From Antechinus flavipes (Eukaryota): a DNA stretch of 64,000 nt. Below the pieces are notes generated by a model. It was not told the origin of the DNA, made no database searches, and saw only the letters and a list, made by a program, of their open reading frames with translations. Where the stretch lies: the NCBI RefSeq assembly GCF_016432865.1, contig NC_067399.1, forward strand, positions 277,078,001 to 277,142,000. The letters are read 5' to 3'. Shown one piece after another: positions 49,501 to 62,600 of this stretch (within the stretch, counting starts at the first letter, position 1; the number at the start of each line of letters is the position of its first letter). The translations under genes and the position numbers were made by a program.

Positions 49501-52500
49501 ATCAGTCATAATTTTGGGACCCTGGGGTTGCAACCCACATTTTAAGAAGCATTGTTCTAGGTAACTGATCCAGAGTGAACTCTTTTCCTCAAACCACTCC
49601 TTTGGAATTTTAAGTTGGTGGTGAGATCCTCTGGCTTCTCAACATTCTCTACTTGGATAAGTTGTGGGTTTTTTGTTACTTGTTTTTTCCATTTATACCC
49701 TGTTCACTATATACTCTTAAGCCAATTTAATTCCTGGACTGAACATAACAAGAAGAAATATGTTCTACAGTAGGGAAAGATATTTAGTATTTTTGTATCA
49801 TAATGTATTTCAAGAAGAAAGATTTTACTGAATTCTTCAGTAAAATTCATTAGTATTTATAAGTCTAATGTGGAGTTTAAATTTTAGGGAACTTATTTCT
49901 TTAAATGATACTTTCCTTTAAATACAGATTCCAACAGTACTTAAATGTTGGTTAGAAGTGGTTAACTACTTGGGATATATGGATAGTTGAGAGATAAAAT
50001 TGAAGATAAATTGATAACTATTGTAAATTGAAGAATAGAAAACATTTGAAGATACAAATCAGATAAAGCATTTCTATTGAAGCAATTATGCTCTTAATGT
50101 GTTGTCAGTGAAAGATATGAGTAATTTTTTTGAAAGCCTGATTAACAGAACTTTTTAGCAAAATGTATCTTCTTTAGACTCAAAGTTATTGAATGTAATA
50201 AATGGTAGAATCTTATACCAGCCTTGTAGTATGTTACCTGAAAATGAGTGCAGTTGACAAAACAAGGCAGAATCAATAATATCATGATTATTAAGGTACA
50301 TGTTATATCTCCTTGAGTATTGCTTCTTGGTAACAATGCCATACATAAACATTCTTTATTACTCATTGTTATTAATACTGTGTCTTGTAACCTGTCATAC
50401 ACTTAGTAAATATTAATGAAGGAATCAAGCAGTTATTAAATACTTACTATATGCCAAGTACTATGCTAAGCACTTAACATATCTCATTTGATCTCACAAT
50501 AACCCTGTGAGGTAGGTGCTATCAGTTACCTCATTTTAGATTTAAGGAATCTAAGGCAGACAGAAATGAAGTGACTTGCCCTGTGTCATACAAGTAAGAA
50601 GTATCTGAAGCTGGATTTGAATTTAGGTCTCTTTGACTCCTTGAACAATCTCTCTACTGCTCTACCTAGCTGCCTCTATTCAGGTCACTTTAAATTTGTC
50701 ATATTCTTTATTTGTAAAATAGAGATAATTCCACTACTGACCTTACAACATTATTGTGAGAAAAGCACTTTATATGCTATATCTATGTCTATATCTATAT
50801 ATCAGAAAAAGTATAATTGAAAAGAGGTGTTTATGGTAGAGTATATTACCATAATGTTTTTACATGTGTATTTTGGATATTTTACAGACAGCTGCAAGGT
50901 TACGTGAAATGATAGCTAAAAGACCTTCTCATGGAACCAAGAGGTAAAGTAATATTTAGGTCTGTGATTCAAAGAATCTGCTATATTGTAGAATACGTAG
51001 TTAAAAGACTGGAGAAAATAGCATGAAACAGACTGGAAACTCATGAAGTGAGTTGAGGTTCTTGGAGGGATCACATGGGAAAGTCATCCTTGGAGATGCA
51101 TAGTGTTGGAAAAAAACACTTTATTTGGAATCAGGACCTGGGTTCAAATTCTTGCTCTTTTTTTTTTTTTTTAATATTTTATTTTATTTAATAATAACTT
51201 TATATTGACAGAATCCATGCCAGGGTAATTTTTTTTACAACATTATCCCTTGCACTCGTTTCTGTTCGGATTTTTCCCTTCCCTCCCTCCACTCCCTCCC
51301 CTAGATGGCAAGCAGTCCTGTATATGTTAGATATGTTGCAGTATATCCTAGATAAAGTATTTGTTTGCAGAACCGAACAGTTCTCTTGTTGCACAGGGAG
51401 AATTGGATTCAGAAGGTAAAAATAACCCGGGAAGAAAAACAAAAATGCAAATAGTTCACATTCGTTTCCCAGTGTTCTTTCTTTGGATGTAGCTGCTTCT
51501 GTCCATCATTTATCAATTGAAACAGAGTTAGGTCTCTTTGTCAAAGAAATCCACTTCCATCAGAATACATACTCATACAATATCATTGTTGAAGTGTATA
51601 ATGATCTCCTGGTTCTGCTCATTTCACTTAGCATCAGTTCATGTAAGTCTCTCCAAGCCTCTCTGTATTCATCCTGCTGGTCATTTCTTACAGAACAATA
51701 ATATTCCATAACATTCACATACCACAATTTACCCAATCATTCTCCAATTGATGGGTATCCATTCAATTTCCAGTTTCTAGCCACTACAAACAGGGCTGCC
51801 ACAAACATTTTGGCACATACCGGTCCCTTTCTTTCTTTAGTATCTCTTTGGGGTATAAGCCCAGTAGTAGCACTGCTGGATCAAAGGGTATGCACAGTTT
51901 GATAACTTTTTGGGCATAATTCCAGATTGCTCTCCAGAATGGTTGGATTCGTTCACAACTCCACCAACAATGCATCAGTGTCCCAGTTTTCCCGCATCCC
52001 CTCCAACATTCATCATTATTTTTTCCTGTCATCTTAGCCAATCTGACAGGTGTGTAGTGGTATCTCAGAGTTGTCTTAATTTGCATTTCTCTGATCAATA
52101 GTGATTTGGAACACTCTTTCATATGAGTGGTAATAGTTTCAATTTCATCATCTGAAAATTGTCTGTTCATATCCTTTGACCATTTATCCATTGGAGAATG
52201 GCTTGATTTCTTATAAATTAAAGTCAGTTCTCTATATTTTTTGGAAATGAGGCCTTTATCAGAACCTTTAACTGTAAAGATGTTTTCCCAGTTTGTTGCT
52301 TCCCTTCTAATCTTGTTTGCATTAGTTTTGTTTGTACAAAGGCTTTTTAATTTGATATAATCAAAATTTTCTATTTTGTGATCAGTAATGGTCTCTAGTT
52401 CATCTTTGGTCACAAATTTCTTTCTCTTCCACACGTCTGAGAGATAAACCATCCTATGTTCCTCTAATTTATTTATAATCTCATTCTTTATGCCTAGTTC

Positions 52501-55500
52501 ATGGACCCATTTTGATCTTATCTTGGTATATGGTGTTAAGTGTGGGTCCATGCCTAATTTCTGCCATACTAATTTCTAGTTATCCCAGCAGTTTTTATCA
52601 AATAATAAATTCTTATCCTAAAAAAAAAAAAACCCAAAGGGTTTGTCAAACACTAGATTGCTATAGTTGACTATTCTGTCTTGTGAACCTATCCTTTTTC
52701 ACTGATCAACTAATCTATTTCTTAGCCAATACCAAATGGTTTTGGTGACTGCTGCTTTATAATATAATTTTAGATCAGGTACAGCTAGGCCACCATCATT
52801 TGATTTTTTTTTTTTCATTAATTCCCTTGAATTTTTATTGTTCCATATGAATTTTGTTGTTATTTTTTCTAGATCATTAAAATATTTTCTTGCAAGTCTG
52901 ATTGGTATAGCACTAAACAAATTCTTGCTCTTAATACTTCATATTGTTATGCTACTGCAGTAATTTAATTGATTTCTTTGCCTTCTCCATTCTGGCTACA
53001 CAGATGCCAGACAGTTCCTAAAGTGAAGTCTGATCTTTTCATTTCTCTGTTCAAAAAATTTTAGTGGCTCTTCTGGGATAAAAGGCAAGCTCCTTTGTTT
53101 GGCATTTAAAAGCCTTTTACAATCTGGTCTTGTCTAGGAGGGCATGGTACTGTGGAAAGAACTTTGGATTTAAAATCAGAACACCTGGCTTTTAATCTTG
53201 CCCCTGCCACTTAATATATATGTGAATTTGGTCAAATCTCTTTGTATCTCATTTTCCTTCTTTGTGGATTGAGAGAGTTGGGTTGAATGACCACTAAGGT
53301 TTCTTCCAGTTCCAAATCTATAATCCAAACTCCTATATACCTATTCTCCATTCTGTCCAAATTAATTTACATCCTGTTCCCTAAACTTGGCACTCTATAT
53401 TCAATTCTAAACTTTTACACCATTTGTCATCTAAGCCTGGAATATTTTCTGTCCTTATTTTTGTCTCTTGGAATTTTAATTTTATTTGGAGACACTTTTT
53501 CTGATACCCTAAATTATAAGCGCTATTAGGCCCCTCCCCACCCCATTACATTGTGTAAACTTATTTGTAGTTTCCCTCCAATAGTGTGTAAACTTCTGGT
53601 CCAGAATTTATTTTCATTTTTGTTTGAGTATACCTAGCATAGCTCTTGACTGATAAAATATTTTTGAATTGAAAGAAACTTACTTTTTAAGAGGGGATAC
53701 AGCATGTAAACAGGTAAGGATTTCTCATTATTTAAGGGTATGTGTTGTATTATACAGTATCCAAGGATAATTGATACCAGAAAGTGGTAAAGAGTTAAAG
53801 TAAATCTGCTTAAAATAGGAACCAACATTTTATAGTAAATAAGTAGAGAAAAAAAGTTTAATTGGTACATGATCTTGAAAAATGAAATTGAAATTATTTT
53901 CATATAATTTTTCCAACAAAATTATATGATATGATAGACTGTCCTTTATTTTGTCTTTGACTTTAGGAGCAGGGTAATAGGAGTGTTAATTGTTGCAAAA
54001 AAAAAAAAAAATCAAGGGCTTCATCAGTTTCCTATGAATCACTCTTAATTTTTTTATTATTATTAAAATACATTTTTCCCTCATCCTTCCCCTTACCTCC
54101 TTCTAGAATCATCGAGTCTCTTAATCTTTGGACATTTACATCATTCTCTTGGAATATCTTTAGTTAACCAAAAAGATGTTGACCCTTGGTCTAGTCATTG
54201 GGATTAAATGTTAAAAGGGAGTATGGGATATTTGAGTGGGGATACATTTTATATGTGGTTTTCTTATAATGAAACTTTTGTCATAGTCGGCTTCAGTGTG
54301 AAGAAAATTGTTGGAGCTTAATTCTGGTCTCTGATGCATATGGGCAAGTCATTTATTTTCTCAGTGCTCTAAATGGAATGGTAGAGGAGTTTCATCATTG
54401 GGAATTCCCTATAACATAGTTCAAAAACAGGATGAAAGAGAATTTAAATAACTATTTGGATAAGCGAGGATTTTTAACATAGGTTAATATGAGGGTCAAA
54501 AGGGCATAACTAATAAGGGACCTGAAAAGTTTTCCTATAATACATAACATGAGCTGAAGCCTAGTGCAAATTAGGGATTCTAAGAGATATTTATCAGGAA
54601 GAAGTTCATTTTAGGCTTTTGAACCAACAAAGGCATGGAGCTTAGATGCAGAGTTGGAGAATAGCAAGTAGACCATTTTGCTGGAAACACTAGAGTAAAC
54701 AAAGAGGTATTCTATATAATAAACCTGAATAAAAGTGTGATGGGTACCACTTTGTGGAACTCTCATTTTCCAGCTGAGGAGTTTGAGTTTTATCTCGAAC
54801 TACTCAGTATTCTTGAATAGGGGAATGTTCCCCCCCACCCACATGGTCAGATTTATGCTTTAGCATGATTATTTTGGAAGTTGTGTGGAGGATGGTTTGG
54901 AAAGGATAGAGAATGGAAGTCTGAAGACTAGTTAGGATGTTCTTGGCATAGTCTGTGTGAGAGGACATTTGACATGGAGTTAAGCTATAATGGTGGCTAA
55001 ATGGAAGGAGAAAATTGATATAAAAGTTGTGTTGTGTAGGTAAAATCAGCCAGATTTGGCAACCAATTAGATATATCAGGGAGAGGGGAAGTTGATCACT
55101 TCCAAAATTTGATTTTGGTTTAACGGGAGGATAGTGTTAGTGAGAGAAATAATTCATTTGGACCCCTACTCTATTCCAATTAATATTAATCAATTTTTTA
55201 GAATCATATCAAAGTTCTGTACTTAAGGCCCCAGAGCAGTGAGTTGCAGATTCTAAGTTTACTTGCTTAACAATAGGAAGTTTGCTAAAGGCCCACTGTG
55301 CTACCTAACTAATAATTTTTAGAGAAATCCTATTTTAATTCTTATTACAATTAATTCTCTTTGTATATTCAGAATTTCATATTAGTATCCTGCCCCTTTT
55401 AAACTGACTTTGTAGAATTTTAGTCCCTGGAATTGGTTCTTTCTCTTGAAGCTTTACAAATTCTAAAATGGGAGTGGTCACTTCTTTGTGAGGTTCCTTT

Positions 55501-58500
55501 CATTTCTGCCCCACATATACTTAGTTTGCAAAAAGGAAAATTTTTTTATTTTAACCATGTCTAATTAACTCTAAAAAACTATTTATTATTAAACTCATTG
55601 GGACTGTGTGATAGTATATGGATGAATCAGTTACATTCATTCATACTATTAGGAAAACAAAAGCACTGTTCTATGAACGGTTACTCTGTAGCATTATAAT
55701 TTATATAAGGAAAATAACAGTTTTCATTAGAGGCTGATTTTGCTGATTTTTTTTTTTTTTTTTTTTTACAATATCAACAAAGATAATCCGTTAATTTATT
55801 TCTGAACTAATGTAGACTGTTATTATGATTACATACAAAGTATTAACATATTTAATTAAAATTAAATTTATTGGAGTTGATTGTCGCACCTTCTCTGACT
55901 AGAAATAGCAAAGTTATTAATCTGTGCTATGAGTTAACACACACTTTTAATTCCTTTAGAAAGAAGCCAAAGAAGGCAGAAGATGAGATTGTTTGTCGGA
56001 GATCCATGAGATTATTAAAAGTAGATCCATCAGGAGTCCCATTACCAGATCCTTCACCACAGCCTGAATCAGTAGTTGATCAATATGTAAGAGTGACAGT
56101 GTATATAGATCAAATTAACAAATAAACAAAAAGAACTTTAAAACTCATAGGATTTTGAAACTTTAGTAAAATATCATTAAATGAGAATGAACTAATGTGG
56201 ATTAGAATTTGTATTAGATGGGAATGGATTTAATTGAAGTTGATTTTTGTAGGCTTACATAGGAAATTAATTATATAATATATTTAATTGTGTTTAAGAG
56301 GAATGTCTATCTCTTGAAGAGGGTAAACTTTTTAAATCTATAAAACTACTCAAGTTGAATGAGCATAAAGTGAAAACTAATGTTGATTAGTTGAGTATGT
56401 TTACAAGGTAATACTTGATTAGCTGTGTTCTATTTACTTGTGTACTTGAAAGTAATAAAAATACATTTTGCCCTAGTATTTACTCAGTAATATCTTAATA
56501 TTACCCTAGTATAATGAATACGTCTTAAATTCAGTTACCTCTTATTTGAAAGCACTCAGCACAATGCTTGGCACACAGTAGGTACAATATAAGTGCTTAT
56601 CCCTTTAGTTCCTTTCCTTTAACAGAATTGGGTTTTTTTTGTTGTTTGTTTGTTTGTTTGTTTTATTTTGTTTTTAAAGCTAGTTAACAGTAGCCTGGTA
56701 ATAAATTTAAATAGATAAGTAACAGGTAAGTGCTAGGCATGGTAACACACCTGTACTCCTTTGCCATGGGGAAGAATGAAGTTGGTGGATAGCTTGAACT
56801 CAGTGGTTCTGAAAAGCAGAGGTCTAAGGCTAATTAGATATCTCACTCCAGAGTAGTGAGTTTGGGAGATCGGTGAGGGATACTAAATTGCCTAGAGAAT
56901 AATGAAACAGCTTGGATTAGAATCATAGCAGGTCAAAGTGTCTAGTCCAATAAACAGTAGGATTGGGTCCATTATTGTGGATGCTGTACTTTCAGTCTGA
57001 GTGAGATAGAGAAACCTAGTATTCAAATGAAAAAAATAAAAAAGAAAACAAATTTTAAAAAATACACAAATGGGGAAGCTGGTATTAATTACAACTGCCT
57101 TTTAGAAATCAAAATTATTTCTTAACTGGGACTGTCATAAAATGTCTGTTAAATCAGAAAGTTGATTTCTTCTGAACTATCTTTAATGCTGGTAATCCAA
57201 GATTATAGACTAAGCTGATTGGCAAGAAGAGAGGCAAAGAAGGACAAGGGAATTAAAGAGGTATTGAAGTAGAAGTGAAGGGCAGAGGGGAACACAGAGG
57301 GAGAGGGAAAGAGAATCTGTTTTGCTCTGATCCATCTGTGTATATTAAAATAAAAGGGTAGACTAATTCTTGCCACTAAATTTTTCTTTGTAATACTAGA
57401 GTACAACTTTTAAAAAATATTTTGGTTTTTTTGTAATTACATATAAAAATGTTTAATACTTTAATTTTTTTTGAGTTCTAAATTCTTTCCTTTTCTTCCT
57501 CCCTTTTCCTCTTTATATATATATATATATATATTCCTCTTTGTATAACTTTTTAGAAAGTACTGTCATACTTGGGGTGGAAAATATCATCTGCATTCAG
57601 AGAAGGAACTATGGAGATTGAATGAGGATTGTAGCATACTATTTTCATTTTTTGGTGTTTTTTTTCCTTTTGTTCTGATTTTTCTTTCACAACATGACTA
57701 ATATGGAAATATATTTTAAATGATTGTATATATGCAGTTTATAATAAATTGCTGTTTTGGGGCGGGGGAGGGAAGGAGAAAAAGTATGGAACTCAAATCT
57801 TACAAAAATGAATATTAAAATCTACATATGTATTTGGGAAGAATAAAATACTAATTAGATGAGGAAAAAAAGGACTATCTCACATAGTGGTTAAACTATA
57901 TATGCTTTGTCTTTAATGCCTGTAGAAAAAAATCAAAGGTTGTTCATAATAAGGTGTTTTTCTCTCACATTAATCTTTTTGATATTAGTAGACTTTTCCC
58001 CCCACTATTCTTAGCTTTTAGACCATATTCCTAAATTAGGAAGGAACCACAACTTTGGTGGTTTCAGGTTGATAAAGTATTGTGTTCTTGCAATATAATT
58101 ATTGAAGATGTTTTATTTTTATTTTGGAGTATTACATTTGATATTTTTCTCTGATTGACACCACTTTTTAATAAAGGCAGATAAGTGACTTTTGAATTAG
58201 TCACATGGTATGAAGGAATCCTCCAAGGAACAAGATCTATGAGAAAATTTCAGTTAATTTCTATTTAGTTTCACTTGACAACATTATAAGCTTTAAATGC
58301 TTTGTAAGCACTTGATAAGTATTTGAGTTTGATTTTTCAGATGCTTTTCAGAAGTTCTTCTAGATTATGTGATTAAGCACTTTACTCTTAGGAAGTAGCT
58401 TATACATTCTATATAGCTATGGATGAATTTGAGTATTTTATGGAACTTTCAATAAGATAAGCTTCATCAAGATTGTGGACTATTAATAGTGAAGATTGTA

Positions 58501-59059
58501 TAAAAGGTTTTAAAGCCCTAAAGGAAAACCAGTTTCTTTTGTGTTTTTTTTTTTTTTTTTTGTTTTGTTTTTTTTTTTAATTCCGACAGACTCGCTTACC
58601 TCCTGGACCTTTGGAGATGATACCTGAAAATCAGAATGGCAAAAATGAGATGTTTAAAGGGATTATGCAGATGTGGATGAAAATAAGCCAGGTATTATTT
58701 GCAGAACTTTTAACCATATGGTTTTTAGTATATTAAATAGGAAGTTTGAATAGATGCATTATCTTATTCTCTAATTTCTCTCTATTATTGCAGCCAAGAA
58801 ATATGAGTACTAAGAAGTTATCTAATATGAAAAGGTAAATTCAAACAATTTTTTTTTGCTTTAAATAGAAATATTTTGAAATTTTAAATGAATTTCTCTT
58901 TTCAGATACCAAGCAAATTTGACTGGCATGGTTATTCGTGAAGATACTATCTGCAAAGTTACAAAAAGCAGAATATGCTCTATGGCTATTCATCCATCAG
59001 AAACTAGGACATTGGTGGCAGCTGGGGACAAGATTGGCCAAGTTGGACTTTGGGATTTG
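46501..59059 (+). CDS. WDR76: WD repeat-containing protein 76 (CMR1 orthologue), exons 2-8; exon 1 unresolved and 3' exons beyond the window
   Basis: Exons 46501-46893, 48730-48822, 50888-50943, 55960-56086, 58590-58691, 58794-58834, 58906-59059, with consistent phases. Motifs [88 protein letters not shown]. Confidence 0.93.
47937..48140 (+). repeat. 204-bp direct repeat, copy 1 (WDR76 intron 2)
   Basis: Aligns without gaps to 49825-50028; 12 mismatches counted by hand. Confidence 0.92.
49389..49554. mobile_element. hAT/Charlie-type MITE, 166 bp
   Basis: Imperfect TIRs caaggcttttaaaa / ttttaagaagcattg; 8-bp TSD ctctaggt (49381-49388) / ttctaggt (49555-49562), close to the NTCTAGAN target preference. 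Confidence 0.7.
49825..50028 (+). repeat. 204-bp direct repeat, copy 2 (WDR76 intron 3)
   Basis: Offset 1888 bp from copy 1. Confidence 0.92.
50440..50670 (-). mobile_element. MIR/MAR1-like SINE
   Basis: ctcacaataaccctgtgaggtagg...aaggcagacagaaatgaagtgacttgccc...ggatttgaatttaggtct. Confidence 0.6.
51158..52918 (-). mobile_element. 5'-truncated LINE-1 (about 1.76 kb; ORF2 C-terminus, 3' UTR, poly(A)), defective
   Basis: ORF track frames 52699-52920 (FIWNNK...[14 protein letters not shown]) and 51784-52551 ([15 protein letters not shown]...[16 protein letters not shown]) are L1 ORF2p. T-run 51158-51172; TSD AAATTCTTGCTCTT at 51146-51159 and 52919-52932. Confidence 0.95.
56732..57050 (+). pseudogene. 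Full-length degenerate 7SL (SRP) RNA retrocopy with an A-rich tail
   Basis: Colinear with 7SL: gctaggcatggtaacacacctgtactcc (Alu domain), ggatagcttgaactcag, aaattgcctagagaataatgaaacagc, agcaggtcaaag (S domain), tgtactttcagtctgagtgagatagagaaacc, then the A-tail. Confidence 0.8.
57515..57533. repeat. (TA)n microsatellite
   Basis: Seen directly. Confidence 0.8.
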
Positions 59060-60464
59060 GTAAATTTTTTTCGTACTAAAGAAATTTATTATTATATACT
59101 ATGTGGCAGGTATTGTTGTGCTAAGCTCCCTGCCTTCAAAGAGCTCACAATTTAATGAGAGAAACAACATGCAGATAACAGTGCAAATTATCTACCTACT
59201 TACCTATCTGTTTATCTAATTGGAAATAATTACAGCAGGAAGACACTAATATTAAGGAGCACTAGGAAAGACTTCTTAGAGAAGATGAAATTTTAGCCAA
59301 GACTGGAAGAAAGTCAAATAGTACATTTTCTTCTTTAAAGGGAAAAAACAAGAAGTTATTTTCTTTTTCTCTGCCTTGGAATGAGGGTTCTGATCTCCTT
59401 CCTCAAACTCTGCATCTGTAACTGCTCCCTGGATATTTTCAATTGGATGACAATTTCATAGTTATATATGACTAAAATTCATCATTTTCTTCTAGTTACG
59501 CTGGCTTGAAACTCTATGGTCAGACAGCTTTCTTTGTCTCAGGTCCTCTTATTTCCAATATCCAATCATTAAGTCTTTTTGATTCTTCCTTTAAAAGGGT
59601 CTGTTTGGTTCTTAGTTCAGTTTCTTTTGATTTTATGCCTGGAATCTGTAGCAGCTTCTAATCTATGGGGTCTTTTCTTTTTGTTTGTTTTGTTTTTACT
59701 ACCACTGTCTACCTGCTTCAGTTTATCTTCTACATAACTGCTAAAATAATCTTTGTGGAATGTCTTACCATGTCCACTTCTACCCGAGAATCTTTAGGTG
59801 CTCCCCATCTTCTCCCCACCTCTCATCTCATCTTGGCATTGAAAGCCCTTCACAGTCTGACTCCAACCCTTATCAGGTTTATTGTTTCAGGGAAACTAAT
59901 CTCCTTCCTCTTCCCTCAATATTCTTCCTCTTAGCTGCTTTTGCACATTTCTGTGCCTGAAACACTCTCTCTCCTGACCCTCACATCTTAGACTCTTACT
60001 TTCCTCCAAAGTGCTGTATTTGGTGGTTCTTCCAACAGTTATTTTTTCTATGAGAACCCTTTCCTGATCTCACCCTAAATGTTGGGGCTTTCTCCCTCAT
60101 TAAATTATTCCATATTAATCTATGTATATGTTATATTATTACAATGTAATTTAAATGCCTCGAGGGTAGGGAGTATTCTTCATTTCATTCTGGTTTGTTT
60201 TCCACTTACCACACAGAGTTTTGTGCAGAGTAGTCAGTGCTTAAATGCTTGTTCAAGTGAATCCTTTTGCCAATAATCTCTCGGAAACATTGATTTCTTT
60301 ACATTTTCATTTCTTGCTTAAACAGCCATAATGGTGCTTTCCTGCTCAATTTTGTTAAAAGGAAATTTTTATTGATATCTTTAACATCACTCTCAGTATC
60401 TCTTCTCTTTTCTTCCCCTTCCACCCACGTAGAGAAAAGACACAGCAAATATTTTTAAATTAAA

Positions 60465-60830
60465 ACTCTTTATTTTTCAAAACATATGCATAGATAATTC
60501 TGCAACATTAGCCTTTGCAAAACCTTGTGTTCCAGTTTTTCTCTCTCGTCTCCTCCCCCGCCCCATCCTACCACTTGATGGGAAGTAGTCCAATATATGT
60601 TAAACATGGTAGAAATATATGTTGAATCTATTATGTGCATACATATTTATACAATTATGTTGCTGTACAAGAAAAATCAAACCAGAAAAGAAAATGATGA
60701 AGGAAATAAAATACAAGCAAACAACAACAAAAAGAGTGAGAACACTATGTTGTGAACCATACTCAGTTCCCACAGTTCTCTCTCTGGATATAGATGGCTT
60801 TCTTCATCACAAGACCATCAAATAATATTT
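60465..60830 (-). mobile_element. Marsupial L1-type 3' end fragment; a shorter related copy lies near 2966-3085
   Basis: Both share ttcaaaacat..gcat..gataatt..caacatt..cc.ttgcaaaaccttgtgtt...ccaatatatgttaaacat, seen directly at the two sites. Confidence 0.6.
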
Positions 60831-61189
60831 TTAAAGAGGGGAAAAAGAGATACAATCAGTAGAAACAGATTGAAAACAGAAACATTGAAAAAGTCTGAAA
60901 ATATATGCAGTGAGCCCCCCCTGTGGACCTCCCATTTGTGCAAAGGAATGAGGTTGATGTGTCTTTTCCTATTTTTCTGAACTCATGCTTAAATGCATTC
61001 ACCTTTGTTTTGTGGTTGTTCTTTCCATTTGCTTTATTGTAGTCTTTGGGTACATTGTTTTCTTGGCTTTGCTTACTTGCTCTACATTAGATCATGTAAA
61101 TCTTTTCATGCTTTTATGTTCATTTATATTTTCTTTCTTTCTTATAGCACAGCAAAATTGTATTAGATTATTTCTCCCCCTCTCTTCCC

Positions 61190-61322
61190 CCAAGGCAATT
61201 TGAATTAAGTGACTTGCCCAAGGTCACACAGCTAGGAAGTGTTATTTTTCTGAGCTGGATTTGAACCCAGATCCTCCTGACTTCCGGACTGGTACTTTAT
61301 CCACTATGCAATCTAGCTGCTC
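61190..61322 (-). mobile_element. WSINE1-like SINE
   Basis: aaggcaatttgaattaagtgacttgcccaaggtcacacagctagg...ggatttgaacccagatcctcctgac...atctagctgc. Confidence 0.7.
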
Positions 61323-62209
61323 CATGTTAGATTTTTATACCACAGTTTGTATTATCATTCCTTAATGGGCATGTGTTTTGTTCTCAGTTCTTTGCTATCA
61401 GAAAAAGAACTACTTTAAATATGTTGGCATTTAAGAATGTTTTCTCATCAGTGACTTTCTTGGGATACATTCCTATGGGATATATTGTAAAATCTGAATC
61501 AAAGGAGTACAGTTGTTTTAATCACTTTATTTTTATATTTGTTTTCCTGAATGGATGTCCTGATTTACAGCTCCTTCAATAATTCACTAGTGTCTGTCTT
61601 CCCAAATCCTTCCAACATTGACTATTTTCAAATTTTTTCAACTTTTGTCAATTTGTTTATTAATTTATTCTATACTTTTTAGTTGAACCTTTGTATTTCA
61701 TATTTAAGTAGTTCCACCTTTTAAAATCAACTTCCTTTTCCTTAAAATTCAGTTTACTGTGTTATTTTCCAACATAACATGACTGTTATTGTCTTTGTGT
61801 CTGTGTGAGGTTCTCTTGTAGAGCTTATTTTTTTCACCTCTTCTGTGGTGAATCCTACAGTTTCTTCAAGGCCCAACTGAAATTCCAATCCCAGCACAAA
61901 TTTCATCTGTTTTCTAAAGCCCTACCAGACCAACCAAAACCCAAAGTTATTGATTTCTTGGACTTCGTTAGCATTTCTGTACTATATGGATCTGTAAGCC
62001 ACTAATTCGTTTGCTTTTTTGTTTATTTGATTTATTCTCTGATTATTCTTTGATATATCCTACATCTCAGCCTAAATGATAAGCCTTAGGGAAAAGAATA
62101 AACATTTATTAAAAATCTATTGTACATATGCCAGAAACTATACTAAGCATTTTACTATTATAGTGATTTTTTTCAACTTATTTAGTTATTTTTAATACCC
62201 ATTATTTTA

Positions 62210-62600
62210 TGAGTCATGGTGGGAGAGAAAAATCAGAACAAAAAGGAAATCAACCAATTGAGGAGGGGGGGAAAAAACCAGAAAAAAGAAGTGAATGTAA
62301 TATATATTGATTTACTTTCAATTTTCATAATTTTCTTTCTGGACAGATGGCCTTTTCTGTCCAAAATCTCTTGGGATTGCTTTGGATCATTGGACCATTG
62401 AGAAGAACTGAGTCTTTCATAGCTGATCATCACATAGTCTTGCTGTTATTGTGTACAATGTGTTCCTGGTTCTGTTTGTTTCATTCAGCTTCAGTTCATG
62501 TAAATCTTTCCAGGCCTTTCTAAAATCAGCTTGTTCATAAAATCATTTTTTATGGAACAATAATATTCCATTGCCTCCATATACCACAACTTGTTGAGCC
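62210..62600 (-). mobile_element. Older L1 3' UTR/ORF2-end fragment
   Basis: Similar to the 51.5-51.75 kb L1 segment (cagttcatgtaaatctttcc...gaacaataatattcca...ataccacaa). Confidence 0.55.

Noticed and set aside
51784-52551. 255-aa ORF as a host or domesticated gene
   Set aside because: It is the C-terminal part of L1 ORF2p in a 5'-truncated, frameshifted copy with poly(A) and TSD.
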